Notes: generated from the sequence alone by a model not told the origin. A stretch of DNA of 64,000 nt from Nitrospirota bacterium (GCA_035623825.1 DASPSR010000021.1:1-64000), one strand, 5' to 3'; shown: positions 10,351 to 21,097, counted from the stretch's first letter. Translations and numbers: made by a program.

Positions 10351-10785
10351 ATGTTCCGAGGAAGCTTTGAACATAGTGTAGACTCCAAAGGTCGGGTAAG
10401 CGTGCCGTCCAAGTTTCGCGATATTATTGCGGACCGTTACGACGGCAGGCTTGTTATGGCCATGGACTTTGACCGGTGCCTGACGGTCTATCCGCTCGAG
10501 GAGTGGGAGAAACTCGAGGAAAAGATCAAGACCCTCCCGATGATGCAGAAAGAGGTCAAGGACTTCATGCGGTTCTTCTTCTCGACCGCCACCGAGTGCG
10601 AGCTCGACAAGCAAGGCCGCATCCTCATTTCGCCGGCTCACCGCGAGCGCGCCGGAATCACCAAGAATGTCATGCTGGTCGGCATCATCAACAAGATCGA
10701 GATTTGGGATGCCAAGGCGTGGGAGGCGAGAACTTCTCAGAACGGCGACAAGATTGGCGAGGCCCTCGCCGCACTGGGCTTATAG
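10351..10785 (+). CDS. mraZ: Division/cell wall cluster transcriptional repressor MraZ
   Basis: MFRG.FEHSVDSKGRV.VP.KFR and LDKQGRILI (two DxxxR boxes); SD GGGAGG before ATG 10351. Confidence 0.97.
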   Translation: MFRGSFEHSVDSKGRVSVPSKFRDIIADRYDGRLVMAMDFDRCLTVYPLEEWEKLEEKIKTLPMMQKEVKDFMRFFFSTATECELDKQGRILISPAHRERAGITKNVMLVGIINKIEIWDAKAWEARTSQNGDKIGEALAALGL

Positions 10786-10787
10786 CT

Positions 10788-11147
10788 ATGGAAGCGAAAC
10801 TCAAAGTACATCAGATGAACCTTGAAGGCGAGATCGATGCCGCGAAGATGGCGGAGATCGACCGCGTGATCGGTCAGCTGATCAAGGGGGAGACATACGG
10901 GCTGATTTTGAACTTTGAGTCCGTTGAGCATATCCAATTTACGATCCTCTCCGCGCTTGTTGAGGAGAAGAAGCGGCTTCAGTCGTTCGGCGGAGATATC
11001 CGGCTCGCAGGCATGTCCGACTACATTAAGAACATATTCCGCACCACCGGTGTGCTTGACGCGTTCCAAGTATTCGCTACGGCACAACAGGCGGCGAAGA
11101 GCTTCGGTGTTACCAAGCCCGCGACGAACCTTCCGCTGGGGCTGTGA
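10788..11147 (+). CDS. STAS-domain (anti-sigma-factor antagonist-like) protein
   Basis: MEAKLKVHQMNLEGEID...LILNFESVEHI...GGDIRLAGMSDYIKNIFRTTGV...FQVF.T.QQA; ATG 2 nt after the mraZ stop (C-terminal part of ORF 10476..11147). Confidence 0.85.
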   Translation: MEAKLKVHQMNLEGEIDAAKMAEIDRVIGQLIKGETYGLILNFESVEHIQFTILSALVEEKKRLQSFGGDIRLAGMSDYIKNIFRTTGVLDAFQVFATAQQAAKSFGVTKPATNLPLGL

Positions 11148-11208
11148 AGTAACGCGATGTGGCGAGCGCGGGGTCACATGTGCAGAGTGATCCGTGAGGG
11201 CCATCAAC

Positions 11209-12174
11209 ATGGAAGATAATTCGACTTCCGCACCCCGCACCCCGCACTTGCAACATGTCCCCGTTCTCCTCCGGGAGGCCGTCGACCTGCTTGCGCCAAG
11301 GAATGGGGGAGTGTATGTGGATGGGACGCTCGGCGCCGGAGGACATGCTGAGGAGATATTGAAGCGCTCGGCGCCAGGCGGGATTCTGATTGGCCTCGAT
11401 CGGGACGCCGAGGCTGTAGAGCGTTGCCGCATCAACCTCGCGCCGTACGGAATACGCGTCCTACTTCGGCGGGCGAATTACCGGGAAATGCCGGCGGTTC
11501 TATCGGAGCTGGGATACGAGACCGTGGACGGGGTACTGCTCGATCTTGGCGTATCGTGGTTTCACCTCAAGACCCCGGAGCGGGGCTTCAGCTTCATGAT
11601 AGACGGCCCGCTTGATATGCGCATGGATACAAGCAGTTTGCAGACTGCGGCGGACCTGGTAAATACCCTCTCCCGCACAGAGCTCGTCAGGATCCTCCGG
11701 GAATACGGAGAGGAAAGCAGAGCTGGTGCCATAGCAAGGGCTATCGAAAACGCACGGGCCCACGGGCCCATCACGAGAACAGTTCAGCTTGCTGACATTG
11801 TTTCGGGCGTATTTCCCCCTTATCCTCGACGGCGCATTCATCCCGCTACGCTGACGTTTCAGGCACTGAGAATAGCCGTGAACGACGAGCTGGGGGCCCT
11901 TCGCGAAGGACTGGATCATATCACGTCCTGCTTGAAGTCCGGAGGGAGGCTGGTCATCATCACGTTCCACTCGCTCGAGGACAGAGTGGTAAAGCAGGCG
12001 TTCGCACGGTCAGCAAAGGGATGTATCTGTTCACCCCGGCTGCCGGTATGCTCCTGCGGCAGAAAACCGAGCCTCAAGATCCTTACGCGGCGGCCCGTTT
12101 TCCCCGGGTCCGAGGCGGTGGAGAGGAACCCTGCTGCGAGGAGCGCAAAGCTCAGGGCCGCGGAGAAGTTATGA
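11209..12174 (+). CDS. rsmH: 16S rRNA m4C1402 methyltransferase
   Basis: HVPVLL, DGTLGAGGHA, DLGVS, GPLDMRMD, FQALRIAVNDEL, FHSLEDR, NPAARSAKLR. Confidence 0.97.
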   Translation: MEDNSTSAPRTPHLQHVPVLLREAVDLLAPRNGGVYVDGTLGAGGHAEEILKRSAPGGILIGLDRDAEAVERCRINLAPYGIRVLLRRANYREMPAVLSELGYETVDGVLLDLGVSWFHLKTPERGFSFMIDGPLDMRMDTSSLQTAADLVNTLSRTELVRILREYGEESRAGAIARAIENARAHGPITRTVQLADIVSGVFPPYPRRRIHPATLTFQALRIAVNDELGALREGLDHITSCLKSGGRLVIITFHSLEDRVVKQAFARSAKGCICSPRLPVCSCGRKPSLKILTRRPVFPGSEAVERNPAARSAKLRAAEKL

Positions 12175-12245
12175 AATTTCGTAATAAAGGGAATGTTTCT
12201 CGATGTTGTTCAATCCACAGTTCTTAAACGGGGCGGGATCCCGAT

Positions 12246-12581
12246 ATGACAACCAGGGCCGGTGACATAGGATCGTTCATATTTGAGCGGGGCAAGCGGG
12301 GCAGCTTTCGCAGGGTCCTCATTGCGCTGCTGATCATCGGGGGCTTGATCCTGTACGTCGGCGGCAAAGTGAAGATCGTGCGTCTCGGCTACCAGATCGA
12401 GGCGCTCGAGCGTGAAAAGCGGGAACTCGAACGCGCGAACCGTTCGCTCCGGATCGAGGCTTCGAGCCTATCCTCGCCGGCGCGCATCGAGGAGATCGCG
12501 ATCAAGCGTCTTGGCATGATCCATCCACCGAAGGAGAATCGGGTGATGGTTAGGAGAAAACCGACATCCGCACAAGAATGA
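12246..12581 (+). CDS. ftsL: Cell division protein FtsL
   Basis: TM helix plus leucine zipper, L.SPARIE.IA..RLGM..P; lies between rsmH and ftsI. Confidence 0.9.
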   Translation: MTTRAGDIGSFIFERGKRGSFRRVLIALLIIGGLILYVGGKVKIVRLGYQIEALEREKRELERANRSLRIEASSLSSPARIEEIAIKRLGMIHPPKENRVMVRRKPTSAQE

Positions 12582-14317
12582 TTATGGAACGACGGGGGAG
12601 GATACTCACGGTACTGCTGCTGATGGGGCTCGGCTTTGCATTCGTTGCCCTGCGGCTCGTGTATCTTCAGGTTTTCCAGAGGGCCGAACTCACGGCTCGG
12701 GCTGAACGGCAGCAGGAGCGTCTCGTCAAGCTCGAGCCGAAGCGCGGCTCCATCTATGACCGCATGCATCGTGAACTCGCAGTAAGCCTGGATGTTGATT
12801 CGATTTACGGTGTTCCAGCAGAGATTGAAAACCCGCGGGCTGTCGCTCAGCGTCTGTCCCAGATCCTTCATGAGAATCCGCGCCTGCTCGAGCGAAGGCT
12901 CGCTGGTGAAAGGCGCTTTGTCTGGCTCAGCCGCAAGGTCGAGCCCCTGAAGGCCGAGAAGGTAAAGGCACTTTGCAACCCAGAGATCGGATGCCTCCTT
13001 GAATCGAGAAGATTCTATCCCAAGAAAACTCTTGCCGGCCCGCTGCTTGGTTTTACGGGCATGGACAATGAGGGGCTCGAGGGCCTGGAACGAGCCTATG
13101 ACAAGGTGCTCCGCGGGGTAAGCGGGTGGATGATAGCGGAGAAGGACGCGGTTGGGAGAACCGTGTTCCCCGGCGGCTCTGGCTTCAGGTATCAGCAGCA
13201 AACTAAGCCGGGAAATGATATTGTGCTCACCATCGATGAGGTGATCCAGCACATCGCCGAGAAGGAGCTCGACCAAACGCTTGCGAGCTCGCATGCAAAA
13301 GGGGGGGTCTGCATCGTCATGGACCCCCAGACCGGTGAAGTTTTGGCCCTCTCGGTGCGCACGACTGTACATGGGAGACAGGCGTTCAACCCGAATGAGC
13401 CGCAACTCTACAAGCCAGCCGAGTGGCGCAACCGCGCTGTTACTGACGCGTACGAACCCGGCTCGATCTTCAAGCCAATCCTCGCTTCCGCCGCGCTTGA
13501 GGAGCGGGTCGTGCACCCCCTCGAACGGATTGACTGTTCTGCGGGGAAGATACAGATCGCTGACCGCATGATAAAGGATGCACACGAAAACGGCGTTCTG
13601 ACCTTCACGGACGTAATAGCCGAGTCGAGCAACGTGGGCACGATCAAGGTGGCTATGCGCCTGGGGAAGGAGCGGTTCTCCAAATATATTGCCGCCTTCG
13701 GCTTCGGGTCCAAGACCGGCGTAGACATTCCCGGTGAGATCCCAGGCCTGCTTAAGGATTACCGCGTTTGGTCAGGCGTATCAATCGGATCCATCGCCAT
13801 TGGGCAGGAGATCGGAGTGACGCCGATGCAGATGGCAGCGGCATACTGCGCTCTCGCAAACGGCGGTATGCTCATGAAACCGTACATTGTGTCAAGCATC
13901 ATCGACCGTGACGGAGGCGAGGGGAAAAGCTTCGGTCCCCAACCAGTACGCCGTGCCATCAGTGAAGAAACCTGCGCCAAAGTAAACAGAATTTTACAGC
14001 GGGTCGTTGAGTCCGGCACTGGCCAGAAGGCACAGCCCGCAGGGTACACGGCTGCGGGTAAGACAGGCACAGCTCAGAAGATAGACCAGAAGACCGGGTT
14101 GTATTCAAAAAAGGACTACGTAAGCTCGTTTGTGGGATTTGTGCCAGCCGTTTCGCCGAAACTTGTGATTCTCGTGATGGTCGATACCCCCGAAGGAGTG
14201 GTCTGGGGAGGCAGCGTGGCTGCGCCAGTGTTCAAAGCCATAGCGGAGCAAAGCCTTGCCTATCTGCAGGTAGCGCCGGACGACAAGGGAGACAGGATGC
14301 TCTTGGTGGCGAGATGA
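12578..14317 (+). CDS. ftsI: Septal class B penicillin-binding protein
   Basis: RGSIYDR, RRFYP, GLEGLE, YEPGSIFK (SxxK), SSNVG, KTGTAQ. Confidence 0.95.
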   Translation: MIMERRGRILTVLLLMGLGFAFVALRLVYLQVFQRAELTARAERQQERLVKLEPKRGSIYDRMHRELAVSLDVDSIYGVPAEIENPRAVAQRLSQILHENPRLLERRLAGERRFVWLSRKVEPLKAEKVKALCNPEIGCLLESRRFYPKKTLAGPLLGFTGMDNEGLEGLERAYDKVLRGVSGWMIAEKDAVGRTVFPGGSGFRYQQQTKPGNDIVLTIDEVIQHIAEKELDQTLASSHAKGGVCIVMDPQTGEVLALSVRTTVHGRQAFNPNEPQLYKPAEWRNRAVTDAYEPGSIFKPILASAALEERVVHPLERIDCSAGKIQIADRMIKDAHENGVLTFTDVIAESSNVGTIKVAMRLGKERFSKYIAAFGFGSKTGVDIPGEIPGLLKDYRVWSGVSIGSIAIGQEIGVTPMQMAAAYCALANGGMLMKPYIVSSIIDRDGGEGKSFGPQPVRRAISEETCAKVNRILQRVVESGTGQKAQPAGYTAAGKTGTAQKIDQKTGLYSKKDYVSSFVGFVPAVSPKLVILVMVDTPEGVVWGGSVAAPVFKAIAEQSLAYLQVAPDDKGDRMLLVAR

Positions 14318-15849
14318 AACTCGGTGAGCTGTTAACCGTGTTAAAAAACAAGGCAACTTTGCCACTGGAAGGGCTGGACAGAGAGGTGCTTGACATCGCG
14401 CATGATTCCAGGAAGGTAAGACCCGGCTCCCTTTTCGTGGCCGTGCGAGGATTTCACTCGGACGGCCATCAGTTTATTCCGCAGGCCGTGCATCGGGGTG
14501 CAGTGGCGATTGTTGCAGAGGGAAGTCATAGCAAAGCAGTCTCACGAGAGACGCCGCTGATCGTTGTCGATGATTCCCGCAGGGCACTTTCGCTCCTGGC
14601 GACTGTGTTCTATGGCCATCCGTCGCAGAAGCTCACGCTCATCGGCATTACGGGGACGAACGGCAAGACCACGACAACCTATTTGATAAAATCCATTATC
14701 GAGGCTGAGGGGCGGAAGGCAGGGCTCATCGGCACGATTGATTATCGCATTGGCAATAAGATATATCCCGCCCCCAACACAACCCCAGAATCACTTGAAC
14801 TCCAGCATTTCCTGGCGGAGATGGTTGGTCTCGGCGTGGGCTTCTGCGTGATGGAGGTCTCGTCTCATGCCCTCGCTCTCGGCAGGACCGTCGGATGCGA
14901 GTTCGCGGCAGCCGGCTTCACGAACCTGACGCAGGATCACCTGGACTTTCATGAATCCATGGACACGTATTTCAAGGCGAAATTGCTGCTTTTCTCCGGA
15001 CTATCGCCGGAAGCCTTTGCGGTGATCAATATTGATGATGAGCGCGCCCCGGAGATCATCGGTGCGACTCGGGCCAAGGTGCTGACGACGGGGTTTTCAG
15101 AACGGGCGGACATACACCCATCGGGGAGCATAGGACACGGGATTCGTGGCCTTTCGTTTCCCGTAGCTACGCCGTCAGGGTCGATTTCTGTGGATTCTCC
15201 GCTCGTCGGGAGTCATAATATCTACAATATCCTGAGCGCAATCGGCATCGGTACGGCATTGGGATTCGCCGGCGACAACATCGCGCGCGGGATCAGCTCC
15301 ATGAAGGCCGTTCCCGGACGAATGGAGAAGGTGGAGGAGGGCCAGCCATTCGGTGTAGTTGTGGACTATGCCCATACCGAGGATGCGCTATTCCGTCTCC
15401 TCGAAGCAGTCCGGGAGATAGCGGCAGGGAAGGTCATTACGGTCTTTGGTTGCGGCGGAGACCGTGACCGAACCAAACGACCGCGGATGGGCGCTGCAGC
15501 AGTCAACGGGAGCGATATCGTCATCGTCACTTCTGATAATCCGCGGACCGAAGAACCCCTGAACATCATTGACGAGATCGAAAAAGGCATGGGAGCGGTC
15601 GGCGCAAGAATGCCCCTTCATGATCTCATGTCCGCAGCCGCACCGGGCAAGACACCATACTGTGTCATCCCTGAGCGGCGAGAGGCCGTGGCTGCGGCTA
15701 TCGGCATGGCAGGCAGTGGAGATGTGGTTGTGCTAGCAGGCAAGGGACATGAGGACTACCAGATAATCGGCGACCGGAAGATCCACTTCGATGACCGGGA
15801 GGTTGCACGGCAGGAGATTCGCAGGAGACAGGCGAAGGAGGGCAGATGA
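14314..15849 (+). CDS. murE: UDP-MurNAc-tripeptide synthetase (meso-DAP adding)
   Basis: GITGTNGKTT, NTTP, MEVSSH, TNLTQDHLDFH, VDYAHT, DNPR, LAGKGHE. Confidence 0.97.
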   Translation: MKLGELLTVLKNKATLPLEGLDREVLDIAHDSRKVRPGSLFVAVRGFHSDGHQFIPQAVHRGAVAIVAEGSHSKAVSRETPLIVVDDSRRALSLLATVFYGHPSQKLTLIGITGTNGKTTTTYLIKSIIEAEGRKAGLIGTIDYRIGNKIYPAPNTTPESLELQHFLAEMVGLGVGFCVMEVSSHALALGRTVGCEFAAAGFTNLTQDHLDFHESMDTYFKAKLLLFSGLSPEAFAVINIDDERAPEIIGATRAKVLTTGFSERADIHPSGSIGHGIRGLSFPVATPSGSISVDSPLVGSHNIYNILSAIGIGTALGFAGDNIARGISSMKAVPGRMEKVEEGQPFGVVVDYAHTEDALFRLLEAVREIAAGKVITVFGCGGDRDRTKRPRMGAAAVNGSDIVIVTSDNPRTEEPLNIIDEIEKGMGAVGARMPLHDLMSAAAPGKTPYCVIPERREAVAAAIGMAGSGDVVVLAGKGHEDYQIIGDRKIHFDDREVARQEIRRRQAKEGR

Positions 15850-15925
15850 CAGAGGACGGAGGACATCAGAGCGCTGCTCTTCATGAGTCAGAGACACTTA
15901 GCCTCTGATCCCTGTCATGTGCGTC

Positions 15926-17293
15926 ATGAAAGAAAGTGAAAAAAAGATGTTGGATGAGATTCTTGGCAGGTTCGAGCGCATGGAGATAAAGGGGATATCC
16001 ATAGACTCCAGAACGATCAAAGAGGGCGAGCTTTTTGTGGCAATCCAGGGAGATCGGTTTGACGGCCACGACTTCGTTCCCGAGGTGATCAAGAAGGGAG
16101 CCTGGGGCGCTCTTGTGGAGCGTATCGCGCTGGAGAAGAAATATGGAAGCCTCGGTGGCCTGAAGAACATTCTTCCAGTTGAGGACACGATTCTAGCGCT
16201 TCAGGAGATGTCGCAGCGGCACCGGAAGAAGTTCGACATTCCCGTGATCGGCATTACAGGTAGCAATGGCAAGACAACAACCAAGGAAATGCTCGCCTGT
16301 ATTCTGAGGCAGAGAGGGCCGGTGCTCAAGAACGAGGGGAACCTGAACAATCACATCGGGGTACCGCTCACCCTTCTAAAGCTAGACGGGCGCCATAGAT
16401 CCGCGGCGATCGAGATGGGCATGAGCGCCCTGGGAGAGATTGATACCCTCGCCAGGATTGTCAGACCGGATGTGGGGATGATCACGAATATCGGACCGGC
16501 GCATCTGGAGTTCCTGGGGACCCTGGGTACGGTGGCGCAGGCCAAGGCCGAACTCCTTCGCAATCTGAAATCGGATGGGACCGCTGTTCTGAATGCCGAT
16601 GACCCGTTCTTCAACACCCTCAAGAATGCATATGATGGCCGGATCCTGTCCTTCGGGATCAAGAACAGGTCGAATGTAAGCGTTTCCAATATCCGGCAAG
16701 GGCAGGACTTCACCGACATCGCAATTGAAGCGGACGGTTTAAAAGCGAAGGTCCGTCTTCCGGCCGTGGGAAGGCACAATGTCTACAATGCCCTTGCTGC
16801 AGCCGCCGGGGCGCTTGCCGTGGGCTTGCAGCTGGAAGCTGTGAAAGACGGATTGGAAGGTTTCTCTCCGGTATCCATGCGCTCTGAACTTAAGCAGGTA
16901 AAGGGCAGGACGGTGCTCGCCGATTACTACAATGCGAATCCCGGATCCGTGCAGGCGGCACTCGAGACCCTGATCTCCCTCACGGCGGGGAAAAGTTCAG
17001 TAGCCGTGCTCGGTGACATGCTGGAGCTTGGAGAAGCCGCAGCCGATGCGCACCGGGAGGTCGGCCGCATCGCGGCCCGCCTCGGCATCGATGTGCTCAT
17101 CACTCTGGGGACCTTGGCGAAATGCATTAATGAAGGCGCGCTCGAGGCGGGGATGCCACAGGACCGCGTTATTTCGGCTGGATCACATGGAGAGGCTGCC
17201 GCGATGCTCAAGGAGCGGTCGAAGAACGGCGATGCCGTACTCATCAAAGGGTCGCGCGCCATGAAAATGGAAAAGATCTTGGAGGAGTTCTGA
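15926..17293 (+). CDS. murF: UDP-MurNAc-pentapeptide synthetase
   Basis: [47 protein letters not shown]. Confidence 0.97.
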   Translation: MKESEKKMLDEILGRFERMEIKGISIDSRTIKEGELFVAIQGDRFDGHDFVPEVIKKGAWGALVERIALEKKYGSLGGLKNILPVEDTILALQEMSQRHRKKFDIPVIGITGSNGKTTTKEMLACILRQRGPVLKNEGNLNNHIGVPLTLLKLDGRHRSAAIEMGMSALGEIDTLARIVRPDVGMITNIGPAHLEFLGTLGTVAQAKAELLRNLKSDGTAVLNADDPFFNTLKNAYDGRILSFGIKNRSNVSVSNIRQGQDFTDIAIEADGLKAKVRLPAVGRHNVYNALAAAAGALAVGLQLEAVKDGLEGFSPVSMRSELKQVKGRTVLADYYNANPGSVQAALETLISLTAGKSSVAVLGDMLELGEAAADAHREVGRIAARLGIDVLITLGTLAKCINEGALEAGMPQDRVISAGSHGEAAAMLKERSKNGDAVLIKGSRAMKMEKILEEF

Positions 17294-18375
17294 TGCTCTA
17301 TCATTTTCTGTACCCGCTGCACAACGTATTCGGCGGTTTCAATGTATTCAAATACATAACGTTCCGTAGCGCCGGCGCCGTGATCACGGCGCTAATCGTG
17401 AGCTTTATTCTCGGGCCGTGGATGATCGCCTGGCTTCACGGACTGAAGGTGGGACAGCATGTGCGAGATGACGGGCCCCAGACCCACTTGAGCAAGCAGG
17501 GCACCCCAACCATGGGCGGGCTTCTGATCATCGCCGCGCTCGTGAGCTCCGCCCTGCTCTGGTCTGACCTGACCAATAAGTATGTTTGGGTCGTGCTCTT
17601 CGCAACGCTCTCGTTCGGAGGCATAGGGTTCTGGGATGATTACCGGAAAGTGGTGAAGAAACGATCCACCGGTCTTCGGGCCAAGCACAAGTTCGGGCTC
17701 CAGATCGCAGCATCGCTCATGATCGGGCTGTTTCTCTATTATCTTTCCGGCGATCCGAACGCGGCGCTTCTGTCCGTTCCGTTTATGAAAAAGCTGGTCA
17801 TCAACCTAAGCTGGTTCTATATCCCGTTCACTGCGCTCGTGATCGTGGGCTCGTCCAATGCCGTGAACCTTACCGACGGTCTTGACGGCCTTGCAGCTGG
17901 CCTCGTGGGTATTGCAGCCACGGCCAACGCCGCCATAGTGTATCTTGGTGGCAACAGGATAATCTCCGAGTACCTCAAGATCCAATACATCCCCGGGAGC
18001 GGAGAGCTCACGGTGTTCTGCGGCGCACTTCTCGGAGCGACCATCGGCTTCCTGTGGTACAACGCCCATCCCGCAGAGGTGTTTATGGGCGATGTGGGCT
18101 CGCTCTCGCTTGGCGGCGCGCTCGGCGCGATTGCCGTCGTAACCAAGCACGAACTGATTCTCATCATTGTCGGCGGTATCTTCGTTATGGAAACGGTCTC
18201 GGTGGTGCTCCAGGTGCTATCGTACAAGCTGACTGGCAAGAGGATTTTCAAGATGGCGCCTATTCACCACCACTTTGAGGAGATTGGATGGCCCGAGTCC
18301 AAGGTGATCGTGCGGTTCTGGATCGTGGGGATAATTCTGGCGCTGGTGTCGATCAGTTCGCTGAAGTTACGATGA
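17293..18375 (+). CDS. mraY: Phospho-MurNAc-pentapeptide translocase
   Basis: [37 protein letters not shown]. Confidence 0.98.
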   Translation: MLYHFLYPLHNVFGGFNVFKYITFRSAGAVITALIVSFILGPWMIAWLHGLKVGQHVRDDGPQTHLSKQGTPTMGGLLIIAALVSSALLWSDLTNKYVWVVLFATLSFGGIGFWDDYRKVVKKRSTGLRAKHKFGLQIAASLMIGLFLYYLSGDPNAALLSVPFMKKLVINLSWFYIPFTALVIVGSSNAVNLTDGLDGLAAGLVGIAATANAAIVYLGGNRIISEYLKIQYIPGSGELTVFCGALLGATIGFLWYNAHPAEVFMGDVGSLSLGGALGAIAVVTKHELILIIVGGIFVMETVSVVLQVLSYKLTGKRIFKMAPIHHHFEEIGWPESKVIVRFWIVGIILALVSISSLKLR

Positions 18376-18379
18376 TAAA

Positions 18380-19762
18380 ATGATAAAAACGCTAAGCGTG
18401 AAGCGGTGGCAGAAAGTAAATAACTCGAAAGCGGATTTTACGGGCAAAAGGGTGACGGTGGTTGGCATGGCGCGGAGCGGGATCGCGGCGGCTCGTGCGC
18501 TCTATGCACTGGGTGCAATCGTCACGGTAACCGACAAAAAACCGCCCGACCAGCTTGGTGCACAGGTGAAGGCACTCGGCAGCGGTCGGATAGCGGTTGC
18601 AGCGGGCGGCCATCCGGATCGCATCTTCATCGAGACGGATCTAGTAGTGCTCTCTCCAGGTGTGCCGAAGATCCCGCAGATATTGCAGGCACAGCGACAC
18701 GGTGTTAAAGTGATCAGCGAGCTGGAGCTGGCATGGCTTTTGTCCAGTTCGCCCTATATTGGCATCACCGGTACGAACGGCAAGTCTACCGTCACGACGC
18801 TCGTGGGGCTCATGCTCGAGCAGTCGAGGAAGAAGGTGCTCGTGGCCGGAAACATCGGGAACGCGCTCACTGAAGACCCGCGGCTTCTCGCGGGTCAGGA
18901 CTGGATTGTGGCAGAGTTATCGAGCTTCCAGCTCGAGGATATAGAGACCTTCAAGCCGCAAGTGGCAGCGGTCCTGAATTTAACTCAGGACCACCTGGAC
19001 CGGTACCATGATATTGCAGAATACGGAGAGGCCAAGGCCCGTATCTTCATGAATCAGCAGAGGGACGATTTCCTCGTGTTGAATTTCGATGACCCGCTCG
19101 TGAAGTCTTTCTCCAGACGCGCGTCGGCTACCGTGATCCCGTTCTCGCGTTTGCAACGATTCAACCCTGGTGCCTGTGTGCTGGATGGCCACCTCGTATT
19201 CAACGGACGCCGCGTTTGCCGCGTGGATGAAATAAAGATCAAGGGCGTCCATAATCTTGAGAACGCCCTTGCCGCAGCCGCCGTGTCTCTGTGCGCAGGG
19301 GCGGACAGCGGGACTGTGGCCGATGTGCTGAGGAAGTTCCCGGGCCTGGAGCACCGGCTCGAGTTTGTTCGCCAGAAAGATGGCGTCACATACATCAACG
19401 ACTCCAAGGGCACCAACGTGGGTGCTGTTTTGAAATCCGTGGAAGGATTCACGCAGCCCGTGATCCTGATCGCCGGCGGGCTTGACAAGGGGAGCGATTT
19501 TAGCCCACTTAATGATCTGTTTAAGAAAAAAGTGAAGCTGTTGATCTTGATCGGCAAGGCTGCGGACAAAATGGCGGAGGTTCTTGGCACTGCAAATGAG
19601 ACATTGTTTGCGAAAACCCTCCAGGATGCCGTAACGCTTGCTTCCCACAGGGCCCAAGCCGGAGATGTGGTGCTCCTGTCGCCGGCCTGTGCGAGCTTCG
19701 ATATGTTCAGGGACTTCGAGGACCGGGGGAAGCAGTTCAAGGAAGCAGTAAAGGCGTTGTGA
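18380..19762 (+). CDS. murD: UDP-MurNAc-L-Ala:D-Glu ligase
   Basis: SPGVP, ITGTNGKSTVT, ELSSFQLE, DHLDRY, NDSKGTN, LSPACASFDMF. Confidence 0.97.
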   Translation: MIKTLSVKRWQKVNNSKADFTGKRVTVVGMARSGIAAARALYALGAIVTVTDKKPPDQLGAQVKALGSGRIAVAAGGHPDRIFIETDLVVLSPGVPKIPQILQAQRHGVKVISELELAWLLSSSPYIGITGTNGKSTVTTLVGLMLEQSRKKVLVAGNIGNALTEDPRLLAGQDWIVAELSSFQLEDIETFKPQVAAVLNLTQDHLDRYHDIAEYGEAKARIFMNQQRDDFLVLNFDDPLVKSFSRRASATVIPFSRLQRFNPGACVLDGHLVFNGRRVCRVDEIKIKGVHNLENALAAAAVSLCAGADSGTVADVLRKFPGLEHRLEFVRQKDGVTYINDSKGTNVGAVLKSVEGFTQPVILIAGGLDKGSDFSPLNDLFKKKVKLLILIGKAADKMAEVLGTANETLFAKTLQDAVTLASHRAQAGDVVLLSPACASFDMFRDFEDRGKQFKEAVKAL

Positions 19763-19908
19763 AGCAGCACCCGACGTCCGGCGGCGAAACTTGTATCGTT
19801 AAGCGGCAACGCTCGCCTTAAAAAACCGATATGACCGCCTGCCGTGAGAGCAGAGGCCCGCAAACGCGCGGTCCCGGATCATTGTGAGCAGGAGAAAGGC
19901 ACTAGAGA

Positions 19909-21009
19909 ATGCGTGCTATCGGACATTACGACAGGATGCTCCTGTCTGCGATCCTGTCGCTCCTCGTCGTGAGCATTGTCATGGTCTACAGTTCAAGCAG
20001 CGTTGTTGCTCTAACGACCTATGATGATCCCGCATACTTCATGAAGCGCCAGATTCTGTGGGCGATCGGCGGACTTGCTCTCATGGCGATCACCATGAGG
20101 ATGGACCACCGTGTTTTTTACGAGCAGCGTTTGGCCATAGGGCTTGCGGTGGTTGCCTTGGTCATGCTATCGATAACGCTCGTGCCGGGAATTGGAAAGA
20201 TGATAAATGGCTCCCGGCGGTGGTTGAAGTTCGGCCTGCTCTCGTTTCAACCGGCGGAGTTCGCCAAGTTCGCGCTCGTGGTCTATATGAGTTACTTCAT
20301 AGCAAAAAAGGGCGAGCGGATCCGCGATTTTATGAACGGTCTCGTGCCGGCGTATATCGTGACCGGAATGTTCCTGATCGCGACTATCCGACAGCCGGAT
20401 TTCGGCGCCGCTATGACGCTCGCCGGTGTGGCTCTTGTCATGCTGTTCGCCGGAGGAGCGAACGTCCTTCATCTTGGCGGCACGGCTGCTGCTGCGCTCC
20501 CCTTAGTGTATCTTGCCGTTGCACACAGCGCGTACCGTTTGCGGAGGATCTTCGCCTTCCTCGACCCCTGGGCAGACCCGCAGGGCGCAGGCCATCAGAT
20601 CATTCAGTCATTTCTCGCGTTCGGGAGCGGCGGCGTTTTCGGCCGGGGACTGGGCGAGGGCAGGCAGAAGCTTCTGTTCCTGCCGGAACGGCACTCGGAC
20701 TTCATCTATGCGGTGATTGGCGAGGAACTCGGCCTGATCGGAGCGCTCGTCGTGCTCGTGCTCTTTCTTACGATCTTGTGGCGCGGGATGCGGATTGCGC
20801 TTGCCTCGGGAGATGTGTTCAGCCGCCTTCTCGCGCTGGGCATCACTCTGCTTGTCTGCTTTCAAGGGATGATCAATATGGCAGTTGTGACCGGTCTGCT
20901 GCCTACGAAGGGCATTGCTCTCCCGCTCGTGAGCTACGGAGGGTCATCGCTCGTCATCACGATGGCGGCGCTCGGGGTGCTGTTAAATATTTCGAAGGAA
21001 TCAGCGTGA
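19909..21009 (+). CDS. ftsW: SEDS peptidoglycan glycosyltransferase FtsW
   Basis: NGSRRWL, FQPAEFAK, QPDFG, LPERHSDFI, GEELG, SYGGSS. Confidence 0.96.
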   Translation: MRAIGHYDRMLLSAILSLLVVSIVMVYSSSSVVALTTYDDPAYFMKRQILWAIGGLALMAITMRMDHRVFYEQRLAIGLAVVALVMLSITLVPGIGKMINGSRRWLKFGLLSFQPAEFAKFALVVYMSYFIAKKGERIRDFMNGLVPAYIVTGMFLIATIRQPDFGAAMTLAGVALVMLFAGGANVLHLGGTAAAALPLVYLAVAHSAYRLRRIFAFLDPWADPQGAGHQIIQSFLAFGSGGVFGRGLGEGRQKLLFLPERHSDFIYAVIGEELGLIGALVVLVLFLTILWRGMRIALASGDVFSRLLALGITLLVCFQGMINMAVVTGLLPTKGIALPLVSYGGSSLVITMAALGVLLNISKESA

Positions 21010-21097
21010 CTGGATGCTTTGCCACGAAGACTCGAAGATAGGGGGTGAAGCCCACCTTTTTAATGTCTGCGTGGCTGACATGACTCGACTTGAATAT

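Noticed and set aside
10476-10787. N-terminal half of the 223-aa ORF overlapping mraZ
   Set aside because: Out-of-frame shadow of mraZ; the real STAS gene starts at ATG 10788.
12389-13585. 398-aa antisense ORF
   Set aside because: Mirror of ftsL/ftsI caused by GC codon bias; no motifs.
20058-21041. 327-aa alternate-frame ORF inside ftsW
   Set aside because: Arg/Gly-rich shadow frame typical of GC-rich membrane-protein genes.
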